The position numbers were made by a program, and so were the translations under genes. A stretch of 64,000 bases of DNA from an uncultured Acidobacteriota bacterium. Its GTDB lineage: Bacteria; Acidobacteriota; Vicinamibacteria; Vicinamibacterales; CAVVIG01. Position 1 is the first letter of the stretch. The number at the start of each line of letters is the position of its first letter. Location of the stretch: contig CAVWSQ010000001.1 of NCBI GenBank assembly GCA_963757655.1, positions 998,897-1,062,896 on the forward strand, given 5' to 3'. Below, piece after piece: positions 30,287-39,985 of this stretch. The notes beneath the pieces were generated by a model. That model was not told where the DNA came from. It saw nothing but the letters and a program-made list of their open reading frames with translations, and did not search any database.

Positions 30287-30970
30287 TCAGGGCGCCGGGA
30301 TCGCCCGGCGATCGAAAAACGCTTCGAGGCGCGCGAGCTGCAGCCGCGCGGCGACCGCCGCGACGCGCCCGGCACGCTGCTCGCGCGGAACACCGGCAAG
30401 GCCGCCAAGCTCGGTCAACGCCTGCTCCGCCCTCGGCTGCCATGAGATGCGAGTGAGCCCCTGCCGCGCGCCTCGCCACGACAGGACGTGGCCGATGACG
30501 CGAAACGCGAAGTAGTAGCCGATCAGGTTCGGTCCGGGGAGCAGAATCAGGACGGCCGTCAGCACGACTGCCACGAGGTAGAACAGGAGCCACCAGCCGT
30601 GATAACGCCGCGCCTGCGCGAGCAACCGATCTCTCGAGGCCGCGGCCGACTCGTCGGACAGATCGGCTGGGTAGATGAACGCCGCCGACGTCAGGTCACG
30701 CAATGACCAGAGCGCGCGCTGTTCGGCAATCGAATCGGCGATTCGTCGGACGAACCAGTGGCGCAGGCGGGCCAGCCATCCAGCATCGGCGCCGTGCGCC
30801 GTATGGGCAGCCTGTGATACCCGGCGCCACCCTTCGTGAAACTGGTGGGCCTGGCGACGCCAGAAGCCGTCGCGCGGGTTGCCGCTGAACTCCTGTTCGT
30901 CAGCTGGCTCGGCGTACAGATCGAAGCGTCCGGATCCGATCGGCACGAGATACACGGCATCGTCGCTCAA
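30287..30970 (-). CDS. Membrane protein, unknown function
   Basis: 227-aa ORF with a central TM pair (WWLLFYLVAVVLTAVLILL; LIGYYFAFRVIGHVL). No motif recognised. Confidence 0.5.
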   Translation of the reverse strand: MSDDAVYLVPIGSGRFDLYAEPADEQEFSGNPRDGFWRRQAHQFHEGWRRVSQAAHTAHGADAGWLARLRHWFVRRIADSIAEQRALWSLRDLTSAAFIYPADLSDESAAASRDRLLAQARRYHGWWLLFYLVAVVLTAVLILLPGPNLIGYYFAFRVIGHVLSWRGARQGLTRISWQPRAEQALTELGGLAGVPREQRAGRVAAVAARLQLARLEAFFDRRAIPAP

Positions 30971-30977
30971 TCGACTG

Positions 30978-31871
30978 CTAAGGCTTCCTGACCCTCTGAA
31001 CCGGGCGGACGCTGTCCAGCTTCAGCTCGGGACGGCCCGCCTGCTCCCAGGCCGCAGCGATGACAGAGGCCGTTGCCGTGACCGATTCGGAGAGGCGCTG
31101 CTCGAGCACCGGCCGGATGTTCGCGAAGAACCTCTCGAAGTAGTGGTCGTCGTAGCTGTCCTTGGCGCCGATCGCCGTCCGATCGGCGTCGAGGATTCGC
31201 GGCACCAGTCTGAAACCCGAGAGCGCCGCGTCGAAGATGAAGTCGCGCACGTTGTTGACGCCACGGACCGACGCCGGATTGATCGCCAGCCGCGATTCGA
31301 AGCGCTCGAACAACTCGACCTCGAAGCGGTCGTGCAGCCCGGTCTGGCCGGAAAGTTGGCCGTCGTAGTTGTTGTGGACGTGCAGCGGTTGATACGCGTC
31401 CTGCACGTAATGCGCCAGCGCCGCCGAGAACAGCACGGTGTTGCCGGCGGCGAAGCGCTGGTTGCGCGGAAAGCCCTGGAAGACGCGGCGCAGGTTGCCG
31501 AACTCCTCCATCGTTCTCCAGGGCAACAGCCCGTGCCGCCGAACCACCGCGGCGCCAAACTTCTCGACCGCGGCGTCGTACTCGCGCGGCAGGGCAACGA
31601 ATGGATAGGGGCCGTAATCGTCGACGCCGAAGTCGAGCTGGTGGTTGGGCGGCTCCTGGTCGAAGCCGACCACGCGCCAGAGATCCGGATCGTTGACGCG
31701 CAGGATCAGCTCGTCGCGGTTCCGTTCGAAGAACGGCTTGATCTCGGCCGGCAGCAGTTCGATCGCGCGACGCATGACGTAACGATGCGCGGCCGATCCC
31801 CACGCGAATGCCGACGTGGGCACGAGCGCCGCGGCAACGAGCAACGCGCCGATCAGGCCCGCGTTTCGCAT
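30978..31871 (-). CDS. Zinc-dependent phospholipase C / S1-P1 nuclease superfamily protein
   Basis: The signal peptide ends ...SAFA followed by WGSAAH (N-terminal Trp ligand). Later HYVQDAYQPLHVHNNYDG. Confidence 0.7.
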   Translation of the reverse strand: MRNAGLIGALLVAAALVPTSAFAWGSAAHRYVMRRAIELLPAEIKPFFERNRDELILRVNDPDLWRVVGFDQEPPNHQLDFGVDDYGPYPFVALPREYDAAVEKFGAAVVRRHGLLPWRTMEEFGNLRRVFQGFPRNQRFAAGNTVLFSAALAHYVQDAYQPLHVHNNYDGQLSGQTGLHDRFEVELFERFESRLAINPASVRGVNNVRDFIFDAALSGFRLVPRILDADRTAIGAKDSYDDHYFERFFANIRPVLEQRLSESVTATASVIAAAWEQAGRPELKLDSVRPVQRVRKP

Positions 31872-31889
31872 GCTGATATATTACGGCAC

Positions 31890-33023
31890 TTGGATAATCT
31901 GACTCATTCGCTGTTTGGCGCGACGCTCGCGCGCACACCGCTCGCGCGCGCCGGACGCGGCACCACGGCAGCGCTCGTGCTGGCCTCGAATGCGCCCGAC
32001 ATCGACATCGTCAGCACGGCCGGCGGCGCGTTGAAATACCTCGAGTGGCATCGCGGCATGACGCACGGTCCGCTGGGAATCGTCGGCCTGGGCGTGATCA
32101 CGGCGGGGCTGGTCTGGATCGGCCGGCGGGTGTACGACCGACGCTGGCCGGCGAAAAAGTCCGCGCTGGCCACCGCGGAACCCGACGCCACCTTCGCGAT
32201 GCTGATTGCAGTCTCGATCCTCGGCGTGCTGCTTCACGTGCTGATGGACCTGCCGACGTCGTACGGCACCCGCCTGCTGAGCCCGTTCGACTGGCACTGG
32301 TTTGCAGTGGACTGGATGCCGATCGTCGACATTTACCTGCTGATGGCGCTGGTGGTCGGCCTGCTCGGCCGCTCGACGGCCGCGCAGCGGCGAGCCAAGG
32401 CGGCCGTCGTGCTGCTGCTGATGGCCACCAACTACGGCCTCCGTGCCGCCGCCCATCATCAGGCACTGGCGCTGGCGCCGCGGTTGTTCGGACCGACGCT
32501 GCCGGCGCCGTGCGATGCGCCAGCCTCGTCGATGTCGCTGGCCGACTCGTGGCCAAGTCGCGAACCGCCGTCAGCGCCGCCAGCCGGCCGGCGATGCCTG
32601 GTCGAGATCGTCGCGATGCCGTCCTTCACGTCGCCGTTCAGCTGGCGCATCATCGCGCAGATGTCGAACGCTTACGAAATCCATGACATCGATCTGCTCG
32701 ATCGGCGCTATCGTGAGCCGGAACAGGGCTCCGATGTGCCGTGGCGGCTCACGCTGCGATACCCGAATGTGTGGACGTCGGCGGTCGCCAAGGCCGCCGC
32801 CACTCAACTTGGACGCGTGTACCTCGGATTCTCGCGCCTGCCCGCCGCCCGATCGGCAGTGGACGCGAACGGCATCACGATTGTTCGCTGGACCGATATG
32901 CGATTTGTCGGCGGCGCCTTCACACTCGACCAGCAGGGGCCCCGCACCAACCCGTTCACGGCGACGGTTCGAATCGACCGTGACGGCCAGGTCCTCGACC
33001 AGTCGCTCGGCGTCAGCCGTTAG
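31890..33023 (+). CDS. YdjM/DUF457-like membrane-bound metal-dependent hydrolase with extra C-terminal domain
   Basis: LTHSLFGATLA...NAPDIDIV...HRGMTHGPLG and LLHVLMDLPTSYGTRLLSPF. The ORF-track N-terminus (from 30879) is antisense to the neighbouring gene and spurious. TTG at 31890 proposed. Confidence 0.65.
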   Translation: MDNLTHSLFGATLARTPLARAGRGTTAALVLASNAPDIDIVSTAGGALKYLEWHRGMTHGPLGIVGLGVITAGLVWIGRRVYDRRWPAKKSALATAEPDATFAMLIAVSILGVLLHVLMDLPTSYGTRLLSPFDWHWFAVDWMPIVDIYLLMALVVGLLGRSTAAQRRAKAAVVLLLMATNYGLRAAAHHQALALAPRLFGPTLPAPCDAPASSMSLADSWPSREPPSAPPAGRRCLVEIVAMPSFTSPFSWRIIAQMSNAYEIHDIDLLDRRYREPEQGSDVPWRLTLRYPNVWTSAVAKAAATQLGRVYLGFSRLPAARSAVDANGITIVRWTDMRFVGGAFTLDQQGPRTNPFTATVRIDRDGQVLDQSLGVSR

Positions 33024-33096
33024 GGCGGGTTTCACACCCCTCTTCTTTGCCCTTGCGATCGACCCAGACGAGCGTGCGTAGTGTAGTGTCGGTTCG

Positions 33097-33210
33097 TCGT
33101 AGCGGCCGGCCTTCGGTATCACATCTGGTAGTTTCACCTCGCAGCGGGCGGTCTTCAGGCCGGCCGAGCGACGGGCTGAATCCCGTCGCCCACGTACATC
33201 TGAAAAACGC
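33097..33210. repeat. Dispersed copy of the REP-like element
   Basis: Shares TCGTAGCGGCCGGCCTT, CTTCAGGCCGGCCGAG and the GCGACGGGCTGAAtCCCGTCGC hairpin (33168-33189) with the 27.9-kb array. Confidence 0.85.
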
Positions 33211-33232
33211 TGTAGGCTGTGGTCCTAGTCCT

Positions 33233-34138
33233 GTGCCACGCCTGGGCGCGCATATGTCAGTGGCAGGCGGGTTGCCCCGCGCGGTTGAGCGCGCCGTCGT
33301 CCATCGCTGTGACGCGCTCCAGATCTTCGCCAAGAATGCCAATCAATGGCGCGGACGGGAGCTCCCGCGCCAGGAGATCGGTGAGTTTCGACGGAAAGTG
33401 CGGGCGGCAGACATCTGGCCGGTGGTGTCGCACGCGAGCTACCTGATCAACGTGGCGACCACCAACCCGGTGCTCCGCCGCCAGTCGATGGAGGCCTTGG
33501 GCGACGAGCTCGATCGCGCCGAAGCGCTCGGACTCATGGGAGTCGTACTGCATCCCGGCGCCTATACCGTCGGCAGTGAAGCGGAAGGATTGGCGCTGAT
33601 TGCCGAGGCGCTGCTCGAGCTGCTGCGCCGGCGCCGTCACGGCCAGACCATGATTCTCCTCGAGCACACCGCCGGCCAGGGCACGATGCTTGGCGCGACG
33701 TTCGAGCAGCTCGCCTCGATCATCGCGAAGATGAACGACCATCGCCGCGTCGGCGTCTGCCTCGACACCTGCCACCTGATCGCGTCGGGCTACGATCTGC
33801 GTTCGGCTGATGGTTACGCGTCCACCTTCGCGCAATTTGGCCGTTTGATCGGCTTCGATCGCCTGAAGCTCTTTCACCTGAACGACTCGAAGAAACCGCT
33901 CGGCAGCCGCGTCGATCGACACGAGCACATCGGGCACGGACACCTCGGCCTCGAACCATTTCGCCGCATCGTCAACGATCGCCGCTTTGACAAGCTGCCG
34001 ATGGTGCTCGAGACGCCAAAGGGAGCAGGCAAGGCGACGGGAGCAATCGCGATCGATCCGCTGGACGAACGGAACCTGAAGACGTTGCGGAGTTTGATCG
34101 TGAATCCAACACCAAGGACACCCAGCACACGGAAGTAA
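33233..34138 (+). CDS. nfo: Endonuclease IV (deoxyribonuclease IV)
   Basis: LGAHMSVAGGL, HASYLIN, LEHTAGQG, CLDTCHLIASGYD, FHLNDSK...RVDRHEHIGHG. GTG at 33233 (or ATG at 33254); the track start lies in the REP element. Confidence 0.9.
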   Translation: MPRLGAHMSVAGGLPRAVERAVVHRCDALQIFAKNANQWRGRELPRQEIGEFRRKVRAADIWPVVSHASYLINVATTNPVLRRQSMEALGDELDRAEALGLMGVVLHPGAYTVGSEAEGLALIAEALLELLRRRRHGQTMILLEHTAGQGTMLGATFEQLASIIAKMNDHRRVGVCLDTCHLIASGYDLRSADGYASTFAQFGRLIGFDRLKLFHLNDSKKPLGSRVDRHEHIGHGHLGLEPFRRIVNDRRFDKLPMVLETPKGAGKATGAIAIDPLDERNLKTLRSLIVNPTPRTPSTRK

Positions 34139-34168
34139 GCGCTTTCCGTTGGTGGCCCTGGTGTCGAG

Positions 34169-34711
34169 TCAATCCTCGCAAAAGACCTCCGCCTCGAATC
34201 TCCAGACCTGGGCACCTCTCTGCCAGGCGTCGCGCGGCAAACCCGCTTTCTGGCAGGTGCGTGCGAGAAAGGCCTCGGCATCCCAGTTCCACTCGGTCGC
34301 CACTTGAGGGAGCAGGAGCCCGCGCTGCCAGCCGCGCGCGACCACGAGACCATGGCGTCCGACGACGATGTCCTGCGACCCGCGAATCGGTTCAAGCGCA
34401 CCGAGCAGCGAGATCTCGATGTCGATCGCGTCAACCTCATCGGCCGCAAGCGGCGGAAAGCGGGGATCGCTGCTGCAGGCGGCGACGGCGCAGCGCGGGA
34501 TGACCGTACCCAGCGGCTCGATCGGCTCGATATGGCCGATGCAGCCGCGCAGGTCTCCCTGCTTGTGGAGCGTGACAAACGCGCCACCCAGCCGCGACAG
34601 GATCTCGGCCGCGCCCGGCACATGGGCCGGCTGTCCACCGACGTACGCGGCGATGGCCTCGCGGGCAATTCGAAGCAGCAGCTGTCGATCGTGGTCATTG
34701 GTCATCGCCAT
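34169..34711 (-). CDS. AMMECR1 domain protein (AmmeMemoRadiSam system protein A)
   Basis: GAFVTLHKQGDLRGCIGH motif. ATG at 34711 (MAMTNDHDRQLLL...). Confidence 0.88.
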   Translation of the reverse strand: MAMTNDHDRQLLLRIAREAIAAYVGGQPAHVPGAAEILSRLGGAFVTLHKQGDLRGCIGHIEPIEPLGTVIPRCAVAACSSDPRFPPLAADEVDAIDIEISLLGALEPIRGSQDIVVGRHGLVVARGWQRGLLLPQVATEWNWDAEAFLARTCQKAGLPRDAWQRGAQVWRFEAEVFCED

Positions 34712-35589
34712 CCGACCGGCGCGTGTGCACCGGCGGCGGTCCCGGCGGTGGTGGGTTTGAAGTTTCCCAAGGCCGCTGCCATGTATCCGACCACCGACGC
34801 CTTGTCGCCAGACACGTCGCCGGAATCGGCCTGGTCGAGGATCACTGCGTGGCGGGCGCCGGAGGCGCGTGCCGCCCGCATCACCGCGACCATGGGTCCC
34901 CCGCCGCACGCGTGTTCCGGCCTCTGGTCGAGCGCGTCTTGCAGCCCGTCCGGGTCGAAGCCCGCGACGCAATCGACGACAACGCGATCGAGCGCCGAAG
35001 CCGTCACCGCATCGTGATAGTGCGAGAGGTCGCTGCTGGCAATCAACAGCGCCCGGCGTCCGTGCAGCGCGACCGCGAGGGCATCGCCCAGCGCCGCCGC
35101 CGTCGCGGCCGTTTGAAACCCCATCAACAGCGGGACAATCGGAAGCGTGGGCGCCAGCCGGGCAAGAAACGGCAGCTGCATTTCGAGCGAGTGTTCGCGG
35201 ACATGTGGGTCGAGACGTTCGCGGACCAGGTCGGACGCAGCCGCGATCGCCCGCCCACACGCCGCGTCAATCGGCGTGACGCCGAATGGCGTTTCGAAGG
35301 CACCTGACGGAAACAGCGCAACACCGGCGAACCCAACGAAATGCGATGGCCCGACCAGGACGGCCACATCGAAGGGGCGGTCGCGCAACAGGCGGTATGC
35401 GTGCGCCGCCACCGGTCCTGAGTAGATCAAGCCCGCGTGCGGCGCGATCAGCGCGACCAGGTCGCCGCGAACTTCCGGGGCGGCGGCGTCGGCCACGGCG
35501 AGCTGTCGATCGACGGCAGCAGTGAGTGCCGATGCCGTACCGGGATACCACGTTCCCGCCACGGCGGCCGTTCTGACCTTGCCTGTCAT
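34702..35589 (-). CDS. Memo-like protein (AmmeMemoRadiSam system protein B)
   Basis: AVAGTWYPG and IAPHAGLIYSGPVAAHAY. 10-nt overlap with the AMMECR1 gene. Confidence 0.88.
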   Translation of the reverse strand: MTGKVRTAAVAGTWYPGTASALTAAVDRQLAVADAAAPEVRGDLVALIAPHAGLIYSGPVAAHAYRLLRDRPFDVAVLVGPSHFVGFAGVALFPSGAFETPFGVTPIDAACGRAIAAASDLVRERLDPHVREHSLEMQLPFLARLAPTLPIVPLLMGFQTAATAAALGDALAVALHGRRALLIASSDLSHYHDAVTASALDRVVVDCVAGFDPDGLQDALDQRPEHACGGGPMVAVMRAARASGARHAVILDQADSGDVSGDKASVVGYMAAALGNFKPTTAGTAAGAHAPVGWR

Positions 35590-35683
35590 CTCAATTCGCG
35601 CGGGTGACGGCCATGACGCTTCGTTCCTCTCGCCATCAGCCGTTCCCATCAGCCACGGCGGTTTTCGATGTTAGCATCTGGCA

Positions 35684-35983
35684 ATGCCCGCGGGATTCAG
35701 TCGAGACCAGATCGCGGCGATTGCTGCGCTGGCGCACCTCGAGCTCGACGCAGGAGAGGTCGACCTGTTCGCACGCCAGCTTGGCGAGATCCTCGCCTAC
35801 GCCGAGGTCGTGCAACAGATCGACACCACCGGCGTTCCACCAACCGCCTCGGTCGCCGCCAGCCACCCGGCCGATCGCCCGGACGACGTCTGCGCGTCGC
35901 TCGATCGAGACGAAGCGCTGGGTGCCGCGCCGGACCCGGCCTCCGCCGAGGGGTTCTTCAGAGTGCCGCGGGTCATCGGATGA
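35684..35983 (+). CDS. gatC: Asp/Glu-tRNA amidotransferase subunit C
   Basis: 99 aa; IAALAHLELDAGEVDLFARQLGEILAYAEVVQQIDT. Confidence 0.92.
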   Translation: MPAGFSRDQIAAIAALAHLELDAGEVDLFARQLGEILAYAEVVQQIDTTGVPPTASVAASHPADRPDDVCASLDRDEALGAAPDPASAEGFFRVPRVIG

Positions 35984-36035
35984 AGCATCGGCTCAGCTCG
36001 AGGCCGGTCGAGTCGGAAGGCGGCGCGAGGTGGGC

Positions 36036-37586
36036 ATGACCGTTCGCGAAATTCGCGACGCGGTCCACTCGCGCGCGCGGTCCGCCGCCGAGGTCTGCCG
36101 TGACGCGCTGGCGCGGATCGAAGCGGTCAATCCAGCGTTGAACGCCTTCAACACCATCGTCGCCGATCGCGCCATGACGCGCGCGCAGGACATCGATCGC
36201 CATCCTGATCGCTGGCGCAACGCGCCGCTGGCCGGTGTACCGGTAGCGTTGAAGGACAACCTGTGCACCCGCGGGGTCCGGACGACGGCCTCGTCGCGGA
36301 TGCTCGAGCATTACGTGCCGCCGTACGACGCCACTGTCGTGACCCGCCTCGAGCAGGCCGGCGCCGTGATCGTCGGCAAGACCAACTGCGATGAGTTCGC
36401 GATGGGTTCGTCGAACGAGAACTCCGCGTTCGGCCCGGTCCACAACCCGTGGGCGCTCGATCGCATTCCTGGCGGCACCAGCGGCGGATCGGCAGCCGCG
36501 GTCGCGGCGCGATTGACGCCGATGGCGCTCGGCTCGGACACCGGCGGATCGATCCGTCAACCGGCGGCGCTCTGCGGCGTGGTCGGACTCAAGCCGACCT
36601 ACGGCCGCGTCTCCCGTTACGGCCTCATCGCGCACGCCTCGTCGCTCGATCAGATTGGACCGCTGGCGTGCACGGTTGAGGATGTCGCGCTGACGCTGGG
36701 CGTGCTTGCCGGTGCCGACGCGGCCGATGCGACCAGCGCCGCCGAGCCGGTCTCCGATTACGCTGCGGCGCTGACCGGAGACGTGCGCGGCACCCGCATC
36801 GGCGTCCCCCGCGCACTGTTGGAAGGCATCGAACCCGAGGTCTCGAGCGCGACCGACGCGGCGCTCGACGTGCTGAAAACCCGCGGCGCGACAGTCGTGG
36901 AGATCGAGCTTCCCCACGCACGCTATGCCACCCCGGTGTACTACCTGGTCTCGACGGCGGAGGCGAGCTCGAACCTGGCGAGATACGACGGCGTCCGCTA
37001 TGGTTTCCGCGCACGCGACGAACCAGGCGCGGCGGATCGGAGTCTGCGCACGATGTACGCGCGCACCCGGGCGCAGGGATTCGGCGCTGAAGTCAAACGT
37101 CGGATCATGCTCGGAACCTACGTGCTCAGCGCGGGATATTACGACGCGTACTATCTGAAGGCGCAGCAGGCGCGAACACTAATCCTGCGTGACTACGACC
37201 GGGCCTTCGAATGCGTTGACGTGGTCGCCATGCCGACCAGCCCGACCGCCGCGCTACGGATCGGCGAGCGCATATCCGATCCGGTCCAGATGTACCTGAT
37301 GGACGTCTTCACGGTCAGCGCGAATCTGTCGGGGCTGCCGGCGATCAGCGTGCCGTGCGGCTTCACTTCGAGCCTCGGCCGGCCAGGCGGGGACGACCCG
37401 CCGACAGGCGAAGCGCGACCTGGCGCGCCAAACGCCGGCGAGGCGCCAGCGGGCGCGCCGGGACTGCCGATTGGATTGCAGCTGATGGGACGACGGTTCG
37501 ACGAGGCGACGCTGCTCCGCGTCGCCGACGCCTACCAACGCGACACGACATGGTCGAAACTGCCGCCCCCGATCCCGAGCCGCTGA
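36036..37586 (+). CDS. gatA: Asp/Glu-tRNA amidotransferase subunit A
   Basis: Amidase signature GGTSGGSAAAVAA and KDNLCTRG. It carries a Pro/Gly/Ala-rich insertion near the C-terminus. ATG at 36036. Confidence 0.95.
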   Translation: MTVREIRDAVHSRARSAAEVCRDALARIEAVNPALNAFNTIVADRAMTRAQDIDRHPDRWRNAPLAGVPVALKDNLCTRGVRTTASSRMLEHYVPPYDATVVTRLEQAGAVIVGKTNCDEFAMGSSNENSAFGPVHNPWALDRIPGGTSGGSAAAVAARLTPMALGSDTGGSIRQPAALCGVVGLKPTYGRVSRYGLIAHASSLDQIGPLACTVEDVALTLGVLAGADAADATSAAEPVSDYAAALTGDVRGTRIGVPRALLEGIEPEVSSATDAALDVLKTRGATVVEIELPHARYATPVYYLVSTAEASSNLARYDGVRYGFRARDEPGAADRSLRTMYARTRAQGFGAEVKRRIMLGTYVLSAGYYDAYYLKAQQARTLILRDYDRAFECVDVVAMPTSPTAALRIGERISDPVQMYLMDVFTVSANLSGLPAISVPCGFTSSLGRPGGDDPPTGEARPGAPNAGEAPAGAPGLPIGLQLMGRRFDEATLLRVADAYQRDTTWSKLPPPIPSR

Positions 37587-38599
37587 AACCGGCCGACTGG
37601 ACGACGCTGAGCGACGAGAAGCTGCTCGAGGTGCGCATGTGCGACCTCGGACTGACGATCGCCGGCACCGAGCTCGAGCCGCGCATCGCTCAGCTCGACG
37701 CCGAGCTCGCGGCTCGTGGCCTCATGTTTCGGCCCTACTGTTGGCTGTCGGACGAATGGTTCACGCCCGACGGCGTCCCCGGCATCGCCATCCCGTTCTA
37801 CCTCGCGCACCCCCGGCTCGCGAAGCTCGAACGCGCTGAGATGCTGGAAGTCGAAGGCGGCGATCCCGAATCGTGTCTGCGCATCCTTCGCCACGAAGCC
37901 GGCCACGCCATCGATAACGCGTATCAGCTGCAGCGCCGGCCGACGCGCCGCCGGCTGTTCGGCGATCCCAGGACCGAATATCCGGAGTACTACACGCCGA
38001 AACCGTACAGCAAAAGCTTCGTGCAGCACCTGGATCACTGGTACGCGCAGAGCCATCCCGACGAGGATTTCGCCGAGACATTCGCGGTGTGGATGGATCC
38101 GCAGTCGATGTGGGCCACTCGCTATGCGGGCTGGCCGGCGCAGCGGAAGCTCGAGTACATGGATCGGCTGATGCGTGAGCTGGCCTCGGCCCAGCCCCGC
38201 GTCAAGTCCAAGCGCCAGGTCGACCCGCTGCCGCGGCTCAAGAAGACGCTGGGCGAACACTACCGCAAGAAGCGCGAGCACTACGGGCTCGATCATCCGG
38301 ATTTTTACGAGAGCGACTTGCGCAATCTCTTCTCCGACGCGCCGCAATATGCCAGGAACATTTCGGCGGCGCGGTTCGTGCGGCGCATCCGGAAGGAAGT
38401 GCGCAGCACGGTCGCCAGCTTCACCGACAGCTACCAGTACACCATCGACCAGCTGCTCGAGAAGATCATCGAGCGCTGCCGCGATCTCAACCTGCGCCTG
38501 ACCGACACCGAGGGCGTGACGAAAATCGACTTCATGGTATTTCTGACGGTCCAGACGATGAACTACCTGCACAGCGGCAGGCATCGAGTCGCCCTATGA
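37550..38599 (+). CDS. Putative zinc metallopeptidase (Peptidase_Mx-like)
   Basis: HEAGH in ILRHEAGHAIDNAY. Start ATG at 37550 overlaps the gatA end by 37 nt, so the start is uncertain. Confidence 0.7.
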   Translation: MVETAAPDPEPLKPADWTTLSDEKLLEVRMCDLGLTIAGTELEPRIAQLDAELAARGLMFRPYCWLSDEWFTPDGVPGIAIPFYLAHPRLAKLERAEMLEVEGGDPESCLRILRHEAGHAIDNAYQLQRRPTRRRLFGDPRTEYPEYYTPKPYSKSFVQHLDHWYAQSHPDEDFAETFAVWMDPQSMWATRYAGWPAQRKLEYMDRLMRELASAQPRVKSKRQVDPLPRLKKTLGEHYRKKREHYGLDHPDFYESDLRNLFSDAPQYARNISAARFVRRIRKEVRSTVASFTDSYQYTIDQLLEKIIERCRDLNLRLTDTEGVTKIDFMVFLTVQTMNYLHSGRHRVAL

Positions 38600-39624
38600 G
38601 CGCGAAGCTCCGCGTCCTGGCCCTCGTTCACCGCCACCTAATCCCGCCGGACGAGATCGAGGAGGGCACCGACATCGTCTCGGCGCCGTGGCGCACCGAG
38701 TACGATGTCATCTCGACGCTGACCGGGCTCGGCCACGAGGTGAAAGCGCTTGGCGTGCACGACGACCTTGGCGAGATCCGCCGCCTGGCCACCGAATGGA
38801 AGCCACACATCGCGTTCAATCTGCTCGAAGGCTTCGACGACATCACGATTTTCGATCAGAACGTGGTGTCGCATCTCGAGCTGCTGAAGCTGCCCTACAC
38901 CGGCTGCAATCCACGCGGCCTGTTGCTGGCGCGCGACAAGTCGCTGTCGAAAAAGCTGCTCGCCTACCATCGCATCGCGGTGCCGGAGTTCGAGGTGGTG
39001 CGCATCGGCCGCCCGATCCGCCGCTCGAAACGGCTGCCCTTCCCGCTGATGGTGAAGTCGCTCACCCAGGAGGCCTCGATCGGCATCTCACAGGCCTCGG
39101 TGGTCGACAGCGACGAGAAGTTGAAGGAGCGCGTCGCCTTCATCCACGACAGCATCGGGACGGCTGCCATCGTCGAGCAGTACATCGAAGGCCGTGAGCT
39201 CTACGTCGGGATCCTGGGCAACCAGACCCTGCAGGCGATGCCGGTGTGGGAGCTGTTCTTCACCAACATGCCGGATGGCGCCAAGCGTATCGCCACCGAT
39301 CGCGTGAAATGGAGTGTCAAGTACCAGAAGAAATACGGCATCGACAGCGGTCCAGCCCGGGACCTGAGCGACCCCAAGGCGGAAGGGATCCAGCACCTGT
39401 GCAAGCGCGCCTACCGGGCGCTCGAGCTGAGCGGCTACGCGCGGATTGACTTGCGGCTGGACGAGGCGGGCAATGCCTGGGTGATCGAAGCCAATCCCAA
39501 CCCGCAGATCGCCAAAGGCGAGGATTTCGCGGCCTCTGCGGCCAAGATCGGCATCGCCTATGACACCGTGATCCAACGCATCATCAACCTGGGATTGCGC
39601 TGGCAGCCGGAGAGCTTCGCGTAA
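38596..39624 (+). CDS. ATP-grasp enzyme of the D-alanine--D-alanine ligase family
   Basis: Ddl-like layout (LRVLALVHRH..., KSLTQEASIGIS, EQYIEGRELYVGILG, ARIDLRLDEAGNAWVIEANPNP). 4-nt overlap with the preceding gene. Confidence 0.85.
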   Translation: MSAKLRVLALVHRHLIPPDEIEEGTDIVSAPWRTEYDVISTLTGLGHEVKALGVHDDLGEIRRLATEWKPHIAFNLLEGFDDITIFDQNVVSHLELLKLPYTGCNPRGLLLARDKSLSKKLLAYHRIAVPEFEVVRIGRPIRRSKRLPFPLMVKSLTQEASIGISQASVVDSDEKLKERVAFIHDSIGTAAIVEQYIEGRELYVGILGNQTLQAMPVWELFFTNMPDGAKRIATDRVKWSVKYQKKYGIDSGPARDLSDPKAEGIQHLCKRAYRALELSGYARIDLRLDEAGNAWVIEANPNPQIAKGEDFAASAAKIGIAYDTVIQRIINLGLRWQPESFA

Positions 39625-39648
39625 AAGGAAACGAACCGCCGGCTGGGC

Positions 39649-39942
39649 TCAGAAATGAGTCAGCGCCGGCCGCGACGATCGAACGATGGCCCACACGCAC
39701 AGGGCGACAAACGCGAAGGGCAACAACGGAATCATCACCGCAAACATCACGGCGACAAGGGCGGCCAGCACCGCCGCGCCGACGGCCAGGAGCACGAACG
39801 GCAGCGCCACTAGCAAGACCACGGATTTGATCAGGACTCGCAACAGCAGAAAGGGAATGAAGAGGAGGGCGAACGGAAGCACCAGCACGCCGAACAGCAG
39901 ACCGAACACGATCCGAAACGGCAGCGTAAGCAGGAAGAACAT
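39649..39942 (-). CDS. Small membrane protein (97 aa), unknown function
   Basis: Almost entirely hydrophobic (MFFLLTLPFRIVFGLLFGVLVLPFALLFIPFLLL...). GGAGG lies 6 nt before ATG 39942. Confidence 0.5.
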   Translation of the reverse strand: MFFLLTLPFRIVFGLLFGVLVLPFALLFIPFLLLRVLIKSVVLLVALPFVLLAVGAAVLAALVAVMFAVMIPLLPFAFVALCVWAIVRSSRPALTHF

Positions 39943-39985
39943 GCTGATCCTCCGGGGTGGGGCGCTCGGGCCGGACCCGACAGGA

